Part shown: piece by piece, positions 12,098-24,774 of the stretch
Position numbering within the stretch: position 1 is the first letter of the stretch
Layout: each line of letters opens with the position of its first letter
Assembly: GCF_001194135.2 (NCBI RefSeq)
Contig: NC_069000.1
Location: forward strand, 8,055,087 to 8,119,086
Direction of reading: 5' to 3'
From: Octopus bimaculoides
Lineage: Eukaryota
Length of the DNA stretch: 64,000 bases
Program-made: the position numbers and the translations under genes
Notes under the pieces: generated by a model
What the model was told of the DNA's origin: nothing
The model's input: the letters and a program-made list of their open reading frames with translations, nothing else
The model's database searches: none

Positions 12098-12282
12098 ACA
12101 TCGAAAAATACCTTAGGAATGAGAACCCAGGTTCAAAATTTCTCCAAGACACCTGATGAAGGCTGGAGAGTATATCAGCCGAAACGTTGTGTTAACAACA
12201 AACAAGATAGGGACAAATATCCGTCAAATGTAATTAATGTAAATAATGTACATAATTCCTCATCTCTTCAATATAGAACTGT
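12098..12282 (+). mobile_element. Retroelement tail carrying the hammerhead motif (Penelope-like pseudo-LTR or SINE body)
   Basis: Unique segment between (AAT)n and (ATT)n arrays containing CTGATGAAGGCTG...CAGCCGAAACGTTG, the motif typical of PLE terminal repeats. Confidence 0.5.
12148..12193 (+). ncRNA. Minimal type I hammerhead ribozyme motif (Penelope-like/retrozyme type)
   Basis: Stem I GACAC (12148-52) with GUGUU (12189-93); core CUGAUGA (12153-59) plus one extra A; stem II GGCUG/CAGCC; GAAA (12181-84); helix III reduced to the palindrome AACGUU; predicted cleavage after GUU at 12188. Confidence 0.6.
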
Positions 12283-12306
12283 ATGATTATTATTATTATT
12301 AATGTT

Positions 12307-12522
12307 AAGGCAATGAGCTGGCAGAACCGTTAGCATGCTGGATAAAGTGCGTAGCAGTATTTTGCTTGTCGCTACGTTCTCAGTTCAAATTCTGCTGAGG
12401 TCAACTTTGCCTTTCATCCTTTCGGGGTCGATAAAATAAGTACCAGTTGCATACTGGGATCGATATTATCAACTTGCCTCCTCCCACCAAAATTTCAGGC
12501 CTTGTGCCTTTAGTTAGAAAGA
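12307..12522 (+). mobile_element. SINE family A
   Basis: Family A consensus. Confidence 0.9.
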
Positions 12523-12904
12523 ATTATTATTGTTGTTGTTGTTGTTGTTTGTTGCTGTTGTTGTTTTTGCTTTTGTTGTTGTTGTTGTTGTTGTAAGTGT
12601 TATCTCGATATTGTCATTAAGTAGCTGAGACATAGAGATTAATAATTACACTTATGTGTTGATCTTCAACAACAACTCAGTAATGGTTTTGGCTGAATGC
12701 CAGACACAATATACAGAGACAAGAAATAAAGATGACAACATTAACTGTAATAGCAACAACAACAACAGCAATAGCAACAACAACAACAACAACAACAACA
12801 ATATGATGAAGCTGATGGCGACAATGATGATGATGATGATGGTGATAACGATGATGATAATGGTGATAACGTATCTTGGTCATTGAGTAATTTTACTGGT
12901 TTAG

Positions 12905-13120
12905 CCAGTCTTCATCTACGCACTGTATCTATCTATATAGATACCACAGTTGTCTATATATACACACAGAGCCCATACAGGCAACATCTACATCTTTGTC
13001 ATATACAGTCAGCATCTACACACTGTGTCTGTTTATATAGCCATATCAACACATTGTGTTAAACTATAAAAATAATATATATATATAAATTTTATAGTTT
13101 AACATAATGTGTTGATATGG

Positions 13121-13165
<45 letters not shown>

Positions 13166-13460
13166 GTATTTTCCTGAAGTCAACAGCTACACACTCTATC
13201 TATTCAGTTATCCCATAATCAGCATTAGACATCTGCACACTGTGTCTATCCATCCAATGAAGAGACACACACTGTCTCTACATAACCAATCAACATAAAC
13301 ACACGGCGTCTATTTGTCCAGTCAACATTGATGCACTATGTCTATTTATCCTGTTAAAATGTATATTGTATGTATCTCTCCAGACATCTACATACTGTGT
13401 CTGTCTGTTGGGTCAAAATCTACATGCTGTATACATCTATCCAGTATACATCTACACACT
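12905..13460 (+). repeat. Degenerate minisatellite (ACATCTACACACTGTGTCT-like)
   Basis: Repeated CATCTACACACTGT variants; a related array lies at about 59020-59290. Confidence 0.7.
13034..13126. repeat. Near-perfect palindrome: ~37-bp arms around an AT-rich loop
   Basis: ATATAGCCATATCAACACATTGTGTTAAACTATAAAA versus TTTTATAGTTTAACATAATGTGTTGATATGGCTATAT, one mismatch. Confidence 0.9.
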
Positions 13461-13494
13461 GTAGCTATCCGTATAAATCCACATCTACACACTC

Positions 13495-13551
<57 letters not shown>

Positions 13552-13618
13552 TTGTCTGTCTCTCTGTCTGTCTATGTATCTTTTTATCTCTCTATCCAAT
13601 CCACATCTGTGCAATCTA

Positions 13619-13649
<31 letters not shown>

Positions 13650-14091
13650 TTCTATCTGTCTATCCATCTATATTCAGTTATATACACATTGTCTCTATTT
13701 ATCTACACACTATATCTATCTATCTCTCTACCCAATGTATAATCACTAAATTTATCCATACAGTTCACATCTACCCACTGTATCAATTTACTACATGGTT
13801 AAGTAAATTTGGTGCTATATACTCATCAAACCCTATTTCCCCGCTTTTGTTTGTNNNNNNNNNNTTTTACTAATATGTCTCACATCAAAACTGAACTACA
13901 CAGAGAAAATTTCACTGTACAATCATAATTCTGAGAAGCTAGATTTAACAGCAAACCTTCTAAGTAAACAGTTCCCATTTATATCAAATATTATTTCAAT
14001 TTTGTGAACTGTATTTATTTAAAACTATCAAACACACTCACTCACATATATATATATGTATAAAATGCATAATATATATATATATATATAT

Positions 14092-14150
<59 letters not shown>

Positions 14151-14164
14151 TAGATATATATACT

Positions 14165-14365
14165 ATAAAATAAGAAAATAGAGAAAATTAATTTATTAAT
14201 TAATTAATATTGCCTACAATTGTTTCAATTTATACTCAATACAATTTACAAAACATATGTTATAAAATAAGCTTGTATTTTGAAGATCTTGATTGAAATA
14301 TCTTCAGGGCAAAGGACATTAGGGATTTACATGTTGATTGGTCGATATGCCAATAGACTCAATAT
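14165..14365 (+). repeat. Dispersed AT-rich repeat (family E), copy 1
   Basis: Aligns with 32365-32560 (TTAATTAAxATTGCCTACAATTGTTTCA...TTCAGGGCAAA.GGACATTA.GGA.TT); shares CCTACAATTGTTTC with the 4.4-4.9 kb fold-back. Confidence 0.75.
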
Positions 14366-14388
14366 ATTTCATATATATAAAATACATA

Positions 14389-14440
<52 letters not shown>

Positions 14441-15597
14441 TGCTTAAAATATAAGAATTTAGAAATTTTGAGGGACATGAAATCAATTGTGGAACTCGAT
14501 GTAGATAAAACTATGAACAATAAGTGAGTAGAATATTTCCATCCATGGATGGAAAAAGTCAAAGGCTGGATGTGTTACTTGAACCCACATCTTCTGTGAA
14601 CTTGACAGATGTTCTAACACTACCATAGGGACACATCAAATTTCAGGTTCCATATTACGTAAATATATATATATATATATATATTGCCATCCTTGAAGAG
14701 CATATGTATTAGTTAGAAGCTCATTTACCTAGTATCTGGTGTGAAACCAATTGATATGATCAGCTGTAATGGATCTATAATACTATATATTTTGAATTAT
14801 GCATGTATGTAAATATATATATATAATATAATATAATATAATACATTAGCTCTTTTTCTATCTCTCTCTCACGATATATATATATATATATATGTGTGGG
14901 TGTGTGGGTGTGTATGTGTGTGCATGTGTGCATGTGTCTGTGTGCACATACAAACACACAGAGTGTAGTCATTGTCTAGTTGTGTTTTCTATAGTGAGTG
15001 CATCCAGCTGTAAATACTGTGCAACTGGTGGAACACTGCAATCACATGCATGTAAAAATGCAGTCAGACAGCTGTACTGGCCGAGTTTGATAATGTTATG
15101 TAATAACTAAATTGAAATGTATTCCTGTTGTGAGAAAGATGTTGGGACGAGGAGAGAGGAGAGAAAAGGGAGAGAGAGAACAATTGTTGAAGGTGGAACA
15201 TATATGTATTGTACTGGAATGTTCTTTGGTAGTAAAATGAGAATTATGAATGTTTAGATATGCAATTACGATTATATGTGTTAGCATTTGTATGCATGTA
15301 CGTACATACATACATACATACACACATACATACATACTTATATACACACATATATTCATACTATATTCATACTATGTACATGTGTATATATATATGTGTG
15401 TGTGTGTGTGTGTATATAATGTGTATGAATATATGTGTGTATGTAATGGAATGATGTATGGATATATGTGTTAGAATATGTATGTACATACATACATACA
15501 TACATACACATATATATTTATATACATACATATATGTATGTGTGTGTGCGTATATATATATGCATGTATGTATATATATATATATATATGTATGTAC

Positions 15598-15693
<96 letters not shown>

Positions 15694-15980
15694 GTATGTG
15701 ACTCAGAGTTTCAGGTTCCCGTTCATTGGACAGTTGTGATCAAGACTATGTATATACACACGCACACACACATATATATATACATTCATATTTAGTGTGT
15801 ATTAATGAATGTGTGTAAGTGGTGTAATAATGTATGTAATATGTGCATGCATGTATGTATATGTATTTATACATGTTTATATGTGCATGTGCATATACAT
15901 GTATATACATGAGCATGATCTATAGGTAGCGTTTGACCGAGATCTACATATATGCATGTATATATGTGTACATAATTGTA

Positions 15981-16022
<42 letters not shown>

Positions 16023-16030
16023 ACTATCTG

Positions 16031-16072
<42 letters not shown>

Positions 16073-16730
16073 CATCCATCCAATTAGCAAGCTAGCTAGC
16101 TAGTTACCTACTACCTACCTACCTACCTACCTACCTACCTACCTACCTACCTACCTACCTACTTACCTACATACATACATGCATACATACATACATACTT
16201 ACATACATACAATGAAAGTAAACAAACAAAGTTTGTTTTAGAAGCATTGAGATGTATTGAAAGATAGAGAAATAAGAAAATTTTATTCTCAAACGCGTGA
16301 TAATGCTAATAAATAGCGTGATCAGGATAAATTATCCATACATTGCAGAAAAATACGTTACCGGCCAGCCATGAGACATACATACATACATACAATATTT
16401 TGATTTATCAATCTGTCTTTCTATGTACCTCCTATCTATATATCTTTATGCCAAACTCTCTGTTCAGTAAAATATGAACACATAAACATTAACAAAAACA
16501 CAATCATAAATATATAAATACATGTATTTGTATGTGTGTATCTGTGTGTGTGAGTGTGTGTGTTTGTGTGTGTGTGTGATCATATGGCTCCCTCTTTAAG
16601 CCCATTTCTCCATCCGAGCATGGGTTTCATGAATATATCATTGAGGCATTGTTTACTGTTGGATGCCCCCATCTGTTGCTAATCCACTGGCTGTAGCTGT
16701 CTGATTTTTGGAAAAGTGCAAATTTAAATG

Positions 16731-16769
<39 letters not shown>

Positions 16770-16981
16770 TCACAAACATATACATGCACTACATGCACAT
16801 AGATTTGCACGCACAATGTAAATTCATACACAGAGCTTCTTTGAGTTTATATATTAATATATGCATATCATCATCATTCTCAACTCATGTTACATGATGT
16901 TGGTGATGATTTTATATATATAATCACCATCATCATCAACAGATGTGTGTGTATATATATATATATATATACACACATACG

Positions 16982-17030
<49 letters not shown>

Positions 17031-17214
17031 GATGGGTGTCTTTCAGTTTCTGCCTACCAAATCCACTTACAAGGCTTTGGTCGGCCCAAGGCTATAGTAG
17101 AAGACACTTGCTCAAGGTGCCACACAGTGAGACTGAACCTGGAACCATGTGGTTGGGAAGCAAGCTTATTACCGTAGTAACATATCTTTGGCTGTAGCGT
17201 TAACTTGTATTCGA

Positions 17215-17530
17215 GTAGTAGATCTGGAGTGAGCGATTGAGCCTCTTCATCCTGATGGGTGTGAAGGGTGCATGTGCCTGAGGTGGTTGTTCAGGCCAAA
17301 GGCAGTATAGAAGAGCTGGGTACATTTATTGCAGGGAGACTTGGCAGGAGAAGTGTGAGACACTTTTTGCGTCTTCAATGTCTCATCCCTGTCTCTTGAT
17401 GTTTGTTATTTTTGATCAGGTCTGTTCCCTCAATGATGACATGCTGCCACTCTGGATGGTCCTTGGCTGTTGTCTCCCAGGTACTGAGGTCAATGGAGCA
17501 GTGGAGGAGAGTGGCCTTATGTCCAGTACA
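17215..17530 (-). mobile_element. RTE (BovB-like) LINE 3-prime end remnant
   Basis: Minus-strand KATLLHCSIDLSTWETTAKDHPEWQHVIIEG...RRKK...PCNKCTQLFYTAFGL resembles the RTE ORF2 C-terminus. Confidence 0.65.
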
Positions 17531-17992
17531 ACTCTATATATTATTTTATTCCCAGTAACAACTAAAATGTTATGGTCTCTTCAAAAGATATTTGGTTCAT
17601 GCAGCTATAACTGATTTTCACATTACTTTTGATGAAAATTACTTTTGATGAATTTTTCTCAACATATTTTCATTCTCATGCTGGCCCCAAGCTGTGGCTA
17701 ATATGAGGTACCCACAAAGTTTCTAAATTGTATTGGAAGCTATTTTTATTCTAGGGATAGGATTAAACCAGATACATTTTCTTCTGTTTTCGTTGAATTT
17801 TGTTTTTCACTATATCATAGTTTTTATTTAAATCCAATTACATTTTGTGCTTCATTGCAAAAACATTTTTTTTTTATATGATGGAGGATTAGTAGCTACT
17901 TTTCTATTAATACTACTGACAAGCTTTTATGATTGTAGGTGGATGGTTAGAATTCCTATTAATGTAAAGAAAGCCTTTGATTTCTTGCCAAG

Positions 17993-18300
17993 ATGGTAAT
18001 TACCATGGTTTGCTCTCATATGATAGCTAAAAAGCTTGTGATTTCTCGGTTAGAGTTTGCTAAGACATTCGCTACTATTAGTGAGACTGATACTAGTGTT
18101 TTAATGTATGCTAGGCAGTCATTACCATACTTTGATGATTCCTTCTGGATGATAAAAGAAGGTATTAAGTTATATATGGGCAGACACTATGTTTCTGAAG
18201 TGTTTAGGTTGGTTTTGTACATTTTGGAAACATTCTAAAACAAATTCAACTCTTTTGAAAAGGGTTGTATAAAGATAAGGGGCTGCATGCATGACTACTA
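17993..18300 (+). mobile_element. Penelope-like element reverse transcriptase remnant
   Basis: LEFAKTFATISETDTSVLMYARQSLPYFDDSFWMIKEG..LYMGRHYVSEVFRLVLYIL resembles the PLE RT motif ..HARKSLLF....W.KK...[22 protein letters not shown]. Confidence 0.5.
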
Positions 18301-18409
18301 TCTTGACACATTTTATGGAAACTTTTAGAGAATTTTACTTAAAGATTAACGTCAGAACTTAGTCAAGTTAAACGAGCAAAAATAGTGAAAGAAAATGTCT
18401 TGTACTTAC

Positions 18410-18618
18410 TCAACAAACTCAGAAATGTTTGGAATAGCCAGAAATACACAATTGACACAAATGGTAAACATCAAAAAATAATCGAAGCAAACATTGGTGG
18501 CAATACAAACTGCCAGGCGACGAAGTGGGTTACGGGGCGAGAATAAAAATAAGGACCTCTTTGCTGAAAACCGATGTATTATATTCTTCTTAAGTCTCTT
18601 CTCTATCACCACAAATGT
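18410..18618 (-). CDS. Nav2: Internal exon (209 nt, phase 0 to 2) of a voltage-gated sodium channel alpha subunit, Nav2/DSC1-like; cytoplasmic N-terminus to DI S1
   Basis: Acceptor ttctctatttcag|ACA and donor GTTGA|gtaagt. Translates to TFVVIEKRLKKNIIHRFSAKRSLFLFSPRNPLRRLAVCIATNVCFDYFLMFTICVNCVFLAIPNISEFV(E). This matches the remembered Nav2/NaCP60E pattern TFCVVSKRFRKNYIHRFTGTKSLFLFYPWSPARRVCVYIATNQFFDY more closely than Nav1. Confidence 0.93.
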
Positions 18619-18680
18619 CTGAAATAGAGAAAATGGGAGAGATTTAATGGTTAGAATTTGTATGTGTCTATGAGTGTGTG

Positions 18681-18720
<40 letters not shown>

Positions 18721-18888
18721 TGTGTGTGTGCGTGCGTGTGTGTGTGTGGTAAATAAACATAGAGAAGATTAGAGATGAAAACAAATAAAGAAATAATCAG
18801 AAAAAGATCAGATAAAAAGAGAAAAGAAGAGAAAGACACACACGCATGTGCACATATACATGCATACACACACATGCACATATGCTTA

Positions 18889-18920
<32 letters not shown>

Positions 18921-19194
18921 ACACACACACATACACACACACACACATACACACAAACACACACACACACACACACATGCAGTATGCGGTTCAAGTGATT
19001 GAGATTTCACATGAAATCTCTGGCTAGCAATGAAGAAACAAGAATGCTTGTTCAGGGCTCATGTACAGATAAATGAAAGTCTGGTGGAGAATTACTAATC
19101 TGGAAGTGTGTGGAAGTGAGAAGAGATATTTGCTGTACTTGCAATGTGTAGAATAATTATTTACTATCTTCAAGAAAGAAGACATCAGATTGTG

Positions 19195-20200
<1,006 letters not shown>

Positions 20201-20309
20201 ATAAAATATTTTAGAGATAAACAGGAGAGTATAAAGCAGCACAAAGGTAGTAACATAGTGTTTTTTCCTCCATAACACAACAGATGCTAATAATATGACT
20301 TGCAGATCT

Positions 20310-20515
20310 AAGGTGACAAGCTGGCAAAATTGTTAGTGTGAAGAGTAAAATGCTTAGCAGCGTTTTGTGTCTTTAGGTTCTGAGTTCAAATTCTGCCAAG
20401 GCTGGCTTTATATTTCATTCTTTTGGGCTTGATAAAATAAGTACAAGTTGAACATTGGGTCAATGTAATTGACTTCACCCTTTCTTAAAATTTCCGGCCT
20501 TGTGCAAAAATTTGA
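20310..20515 (+). mobile_element. SINE family A
   Basis: Diverged family A consensus. Confidence 0.8.
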
Positions 20516-20593
20516 AAGCAATATGCCTTGTAGATCTTACATAGAAGTACGTAGTTACATACCAGGTCAAATCTGGTGGATAATCATCTTTGC

Positions 20594-20761
20594 ATGCTTG
20601 CATGGGTTGGAAGAATAAGGTACTAGGGCATTGTTTTATAGCTGAATGCCTTTCCTGTTGCAAATTCATTACTTGCAAGATAGATAAGTGTTTGCAACAG
20701 GAAAGGCATTGAGGTATAAAACAATGCCCTAGTACCTTATTCTTCCAACCCATGCTAGCAT
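20594..20761. repeat. Inverted repeat, ~70-bp arms, SINE-C-related
   Basis: CATGGGTTGGAAGAATAAGGTACTAGGGCATTGTTTTATA...CCTGTTGCAAA mirrored by TTTGCAACAGG...TATAAAACAATGCCCTAGTACCTTATTCTTCCAACCCATG. Confidence 0.9.
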
Positions 20762-21109
20762 TCGAAAACAGAAGTAAAACCAACTGGTGAAGGAATGAAC
20801 ACAAATAGATCCAAATACACAGTTTTTGATAATACAAGGGGTTGGAAATGCTAGTTCTTTAATTCTCTTTCTATAGTACATGTCCTAATTTATAATAGTA
20901 ATTAACTACAGCACTATTGTTATATGACATCATTATTAATGTTACAATAAGATTTATTTCAACTGAGAACATTAAATATCTCTGAAAGAGAGAGTGAGAT
21001 AATAAATCAAATAAATCATGGTAAACTGTGTCCAAGAAACCTAGCAACACTTATATTTATGGTGCCTAACCTCTTGCTTTGGCAGTTTTGGGACGCATTT
21101 TAGTAAATT

Positions 21110-21114
<5 letters not shown>

Positions 21115-21146
<32 letters not shown>

Positions 21147-21340
21147 TTCATCATATAGTGTCCGTTTTCCATGCTAGCATGGATTAGACGGGATGGTTTG
21201 ATTGGAACTGGTAAGCTGGAGAGCTGTACTGGGCTGCAGTCTGATTTTGGCATGGTTTCTACAGCTGGATGCCCTTCCTAGTAGCAACCACTCCAAGTGT
21301 GTAGTGGGAGCCTCTTATGTGTCATTGGCATGGGTGCCTT
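21115..21340 (-). mobile_element. SINE family C
   Basis: (CAT)n then the reverse complement of the consensus. Confidence 0.85.
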
Positions 21341-22064
21341 CATACACACAAACACACATGCATAAACAACCCCTAACTTCACCCCCAATCCGATACACAC
21401 ACATACACATAATGGGCTTCTTTCAGTTTCTTTCTACTAAATCTACTCACGTGGCTTTGGTTGACCTGGGGCTAAAGCAAAAGATATTTGGCCAAGGTAC
21501 CACACAGTGAGGCCAAACCTGAAACCATGTGGTTGGGTAACAAGCTTCTTGTCATAAAGCCACACTGAGAAAACCAACAAGGTTCTAATTTCATTGAAGA
21601 TGAAGAAAACCAAACTGTGTCCAATACCCAATGCTTCATTTGTTAGCTCCTCATGTCCTCCCTTGTACTCCCTCAGAGATTTATAACTCATAAATTATTC
21701 CTGAGAATTGTTAGAAATTCTCTCTTACACAAAATTAACAAAATAAGAAGTTAATTACTTGAAAAATTCAAATTATAATGACTCATTATATGAAATTTTG
21801 GCAAGATTTCATCATTAAGTGTCTTGTAGAATTTGGCATGAATTTACTCTTCTGCAAACATGACTCTGAAAATTACAAATTGGTATAACTCTGCCAAATT
21901 TGGTATCCCTTCTGTATTAAAGTACTAACACTGTTATAGTAAGGGGTTCTATCACAGTATACTTAGGTTGTTACTTTGTTGTTTAAATTTACTGTTTTCA
22001 CAGTGGCACTATGAAACTACTATCCTTTACCCTATAAATTTTATTTTTGTGTTCTACATAGATG

Positions 22065-22440
22065 TAGACATGGCTGTGTGGTAAGAAGCTTGCTTCGCAA
22101 CCACATGGTTCTGGGTTCAGTCCCATGACATGGCACCTTAGGCACATGTCTTCTACTATAGCCTCGGACTGACCAAAGCCTTGTGAGTGGATTTGGTAAA
22201 CTTAAACTGAAAGAAGCTCCTATGTCTGTGTTTGTTCCTCCCAACTGCCACCATTTGACAACTGGGGCTGGTGTGTTTACATCCCTGTCACTAAGCAGAT
22301 CGGCAAAAGAGATCGATTGAATAAGTACCAGGCTTTAAAAAAAGCTAAGAACTCTTCATTCAACTAAGAACTCTTCAAGGCAGTGCTCCAGCATGGCCGC
22401 AGTCTAAATGCTGAAACAAGTAAAATATAAAAGACAAAAG
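22065..22440 (+). mobile_element. SINE family B, tRNA-headed, near full length
   Basis: GGCTGTGTGGTAAGAAGCTTGCTT..CAACCACATGGTTCTGGGTTCAGTCCCA head, CTTCTACTATAGCCTCGG..GACCAAAGCCTTGTGAGTGGATTTGGTA body, GTGCTCCAGCATGGCCGCAGTC..CTGAAACAAGTAAAA tail. Confidence 0.9.
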
Positions 22441-22444
22441 ATAC

Positions 22445-22760
22445 TCCCTGTTCTATAACACCATAGTACTCACTGTACTATTATTCTATAATACTGCTGT
22501 ACAAATACTACGTAGTACTCCCTGTATTATCATTCCATTGTACTCTGTACTAACACTACATAGTACTCCCCCGTACTAATACTGCTATGTTGTACTTCAT
22601 GCACTATCAATCCATAGTGCTGCTGTACTATCACTCCATGGAACTCCTTATACTTTCACTGACTATGGAGAACACCCTGCACTATAACTCCATAGTATTC
22701 CCTGCACTAATACCATACAGTGTGCTCCCTGTACTAATACTGACTATGTAGTACTCCCTA
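22445..22760. repeat. Degenerate minisatellite (TAGTACTCCCTGTACTA-like)
   Basis: Repeated variants of AGTACTCCC/TGTACTA at roughly 20-25 bp spacing. Confidence 0.7.
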
Positions 22761-23297
22761 TACTATCATTCCATAGCAGTCTTCAATAATATCGGAATTA
22801 CTGCAGTGAAATATAAAAGACCGCATTAACCAATATTGGTCAATACATTCCTCTGCGAGTAGCGTGAATATGCACGTGTGTGTGCATGTGTGTGTGTTTG
22901 CATGTGAGTCTGTGTGTGCGTGTGCATGCATGTTTGAGTGAGCTTGTGCACACGTATGTGTGTGTTTGTGCGCGTGTGCATGCATATGTGTGTGTGTGCT
23001 TGTGTGTGTATGTTGTAGAATGTGTCTATAGGTATGGTATAGTGCTTGTGTTAATTCCCTATATGTTATATAAAGTATTTAGATATGGAATTTTGCGTGT
23101 GTATATATAAATGTAAACATTCAATAAAAATGTATAATCTTTTAAGTAGCATGTATGTAGAACTGTATATAGGTCTCCTACAGCATCAATTCACAGATGT
23201 ATACACTCAATCATTCTCTCTCTCTTCCTCCCTCTCTCATTTTCTTTTTCTCAATCTCACTTTCTCTCTCCTTCACTCTCTCTTTCTCTCTTCTTCA

Positions 23298-23360
<63 letters not shown>

Positions 23361-23469
23361 GAATCCTACTAACCTAAAATATCAACAATATTTTCCTTTT
23401 TAAGAACTGTTGCATATGTATGTTACGTGTATGTTTGTATGTATATTGTTGTGTATGTCTATGTGTATA

Positions 23470-23574
23470 CATCTATCTATCTTTGCTTCTGTCTGTCCAT
23501 CTATCTATCTAGCTATCTGCCTACTTGCCTGCCTGTCTGTCTGTCTGTCTGCCTGCCTACCTGTTTGTCCATCA

Positions 23575-23608
<34 letters not shown>

Positions 23609-23630
23609 TTATTATCAGTCTGTCTGTCAG

Positions 23631-23721
<91 letters not shown>

Positions 23722-23828
23722 CCCTTTTTCTCTCTCCCCTCTCTCTCTATTTATCTATCTATCTGTCTAACTGTCTGTCTTGTGTCTGTCAGTCAGTTTG
23801 TCTGTCTGTCTGCCAGTCTATCTATCTA

Positions 23829-23869
<41 letters not shown>

Positions 23870-23870
23870 T
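23470..23870. repeat. Compound (TATC)n/(TGTC)n tetranucleotide array
   Basis: Direct reading; similar arrays at about 8980-9390, 13490-13650 and 15985-16210. Confidence 0.95.
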
Positions 23871-24685
23871 TCTATGTTATATATATATATTTGAATGTAT
23901 ACATGTGTGTGTATGTGTGTGTCCCCATGGAGAGAAAGAGAGAGACAGTGAGAGATAAGAGATAGACGTGATATATTTTGTTAATGTCCATATTTCATTG
24001 TGATTCCTTTACATCATCATTTCTTGTCATTTCTCGTCAGACACGACTACCACCACACCTTGATCACCAGACACTATACTACAACTACCTATACACTTTG
24101 TGGTCTCCCCACCTCCACTATTAGACACTCCCCATTCTTTGTCAATCGCTTCTGTCACCAAGAACTCTGTATGAGAACTCCACTTCATGAGAACCACTAC
24201 TACCACTGCCACCACCACAACCACTACCACCATAAAATATCGCCATTACCTCATCCACAACAAACGACCACTGGTACCACCACCACCACCAGTGCCAGTA
24301 CTACCACCACTGTTGCTGCCGCCGCCACCACCACCACCACCACCAGCACTGGCACCAGAAGCACAACAGTGGCAGCAGCAGCAGCACCACCACTACCACT
24401 ACCACCACCACCACCACCACCATCACTATCACCATCCACAAACATCGACCACCAACCCCAGCCACAACAACCTATTCCACCACCGCCCCACTACCACCCA
24501 ATCAGTACAAAGGGACAGATATGCTGGTCTGCCCACAGCTTTGGCGCAGATCCAGCAATGCAACATTAGTATCGTGTTCTAGGAAAACCCTCTTTGCAGA
24601 GTGGACTTCTTACACAAACATCCAATACAGGATATACATATACATCCATCCATATATACATACGTGTATACATGCATAAATGCAG

Positions 24686-24716
<31 letters not shown>

Positions 24717-24725
24717 TAGTATATG

Positions 24726-24774
<49 letters not shown>

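Larger units (their letters stand above)
4142..18409 (-). other. 14,268-bp GT-AG intron of the Nav2-like gene
   Basis: Bounded by the donor at 18409-18408 and the acceptor at 4143-4142; the flanking exons join in frame (GA|G). Confidence 0.85.

Noticed and set aside
4013-18618. Assignment as Nav1/para, Cav, NALCN or TPC
   Set aside because: The N-terminal TFVV..RFS...LF.F.P.NP.RR motif is Nav-specific, and the KR..KN.IH / IATN..FDY features fit Nav2 better than Nav1. This is from memory; a tree was not computed.
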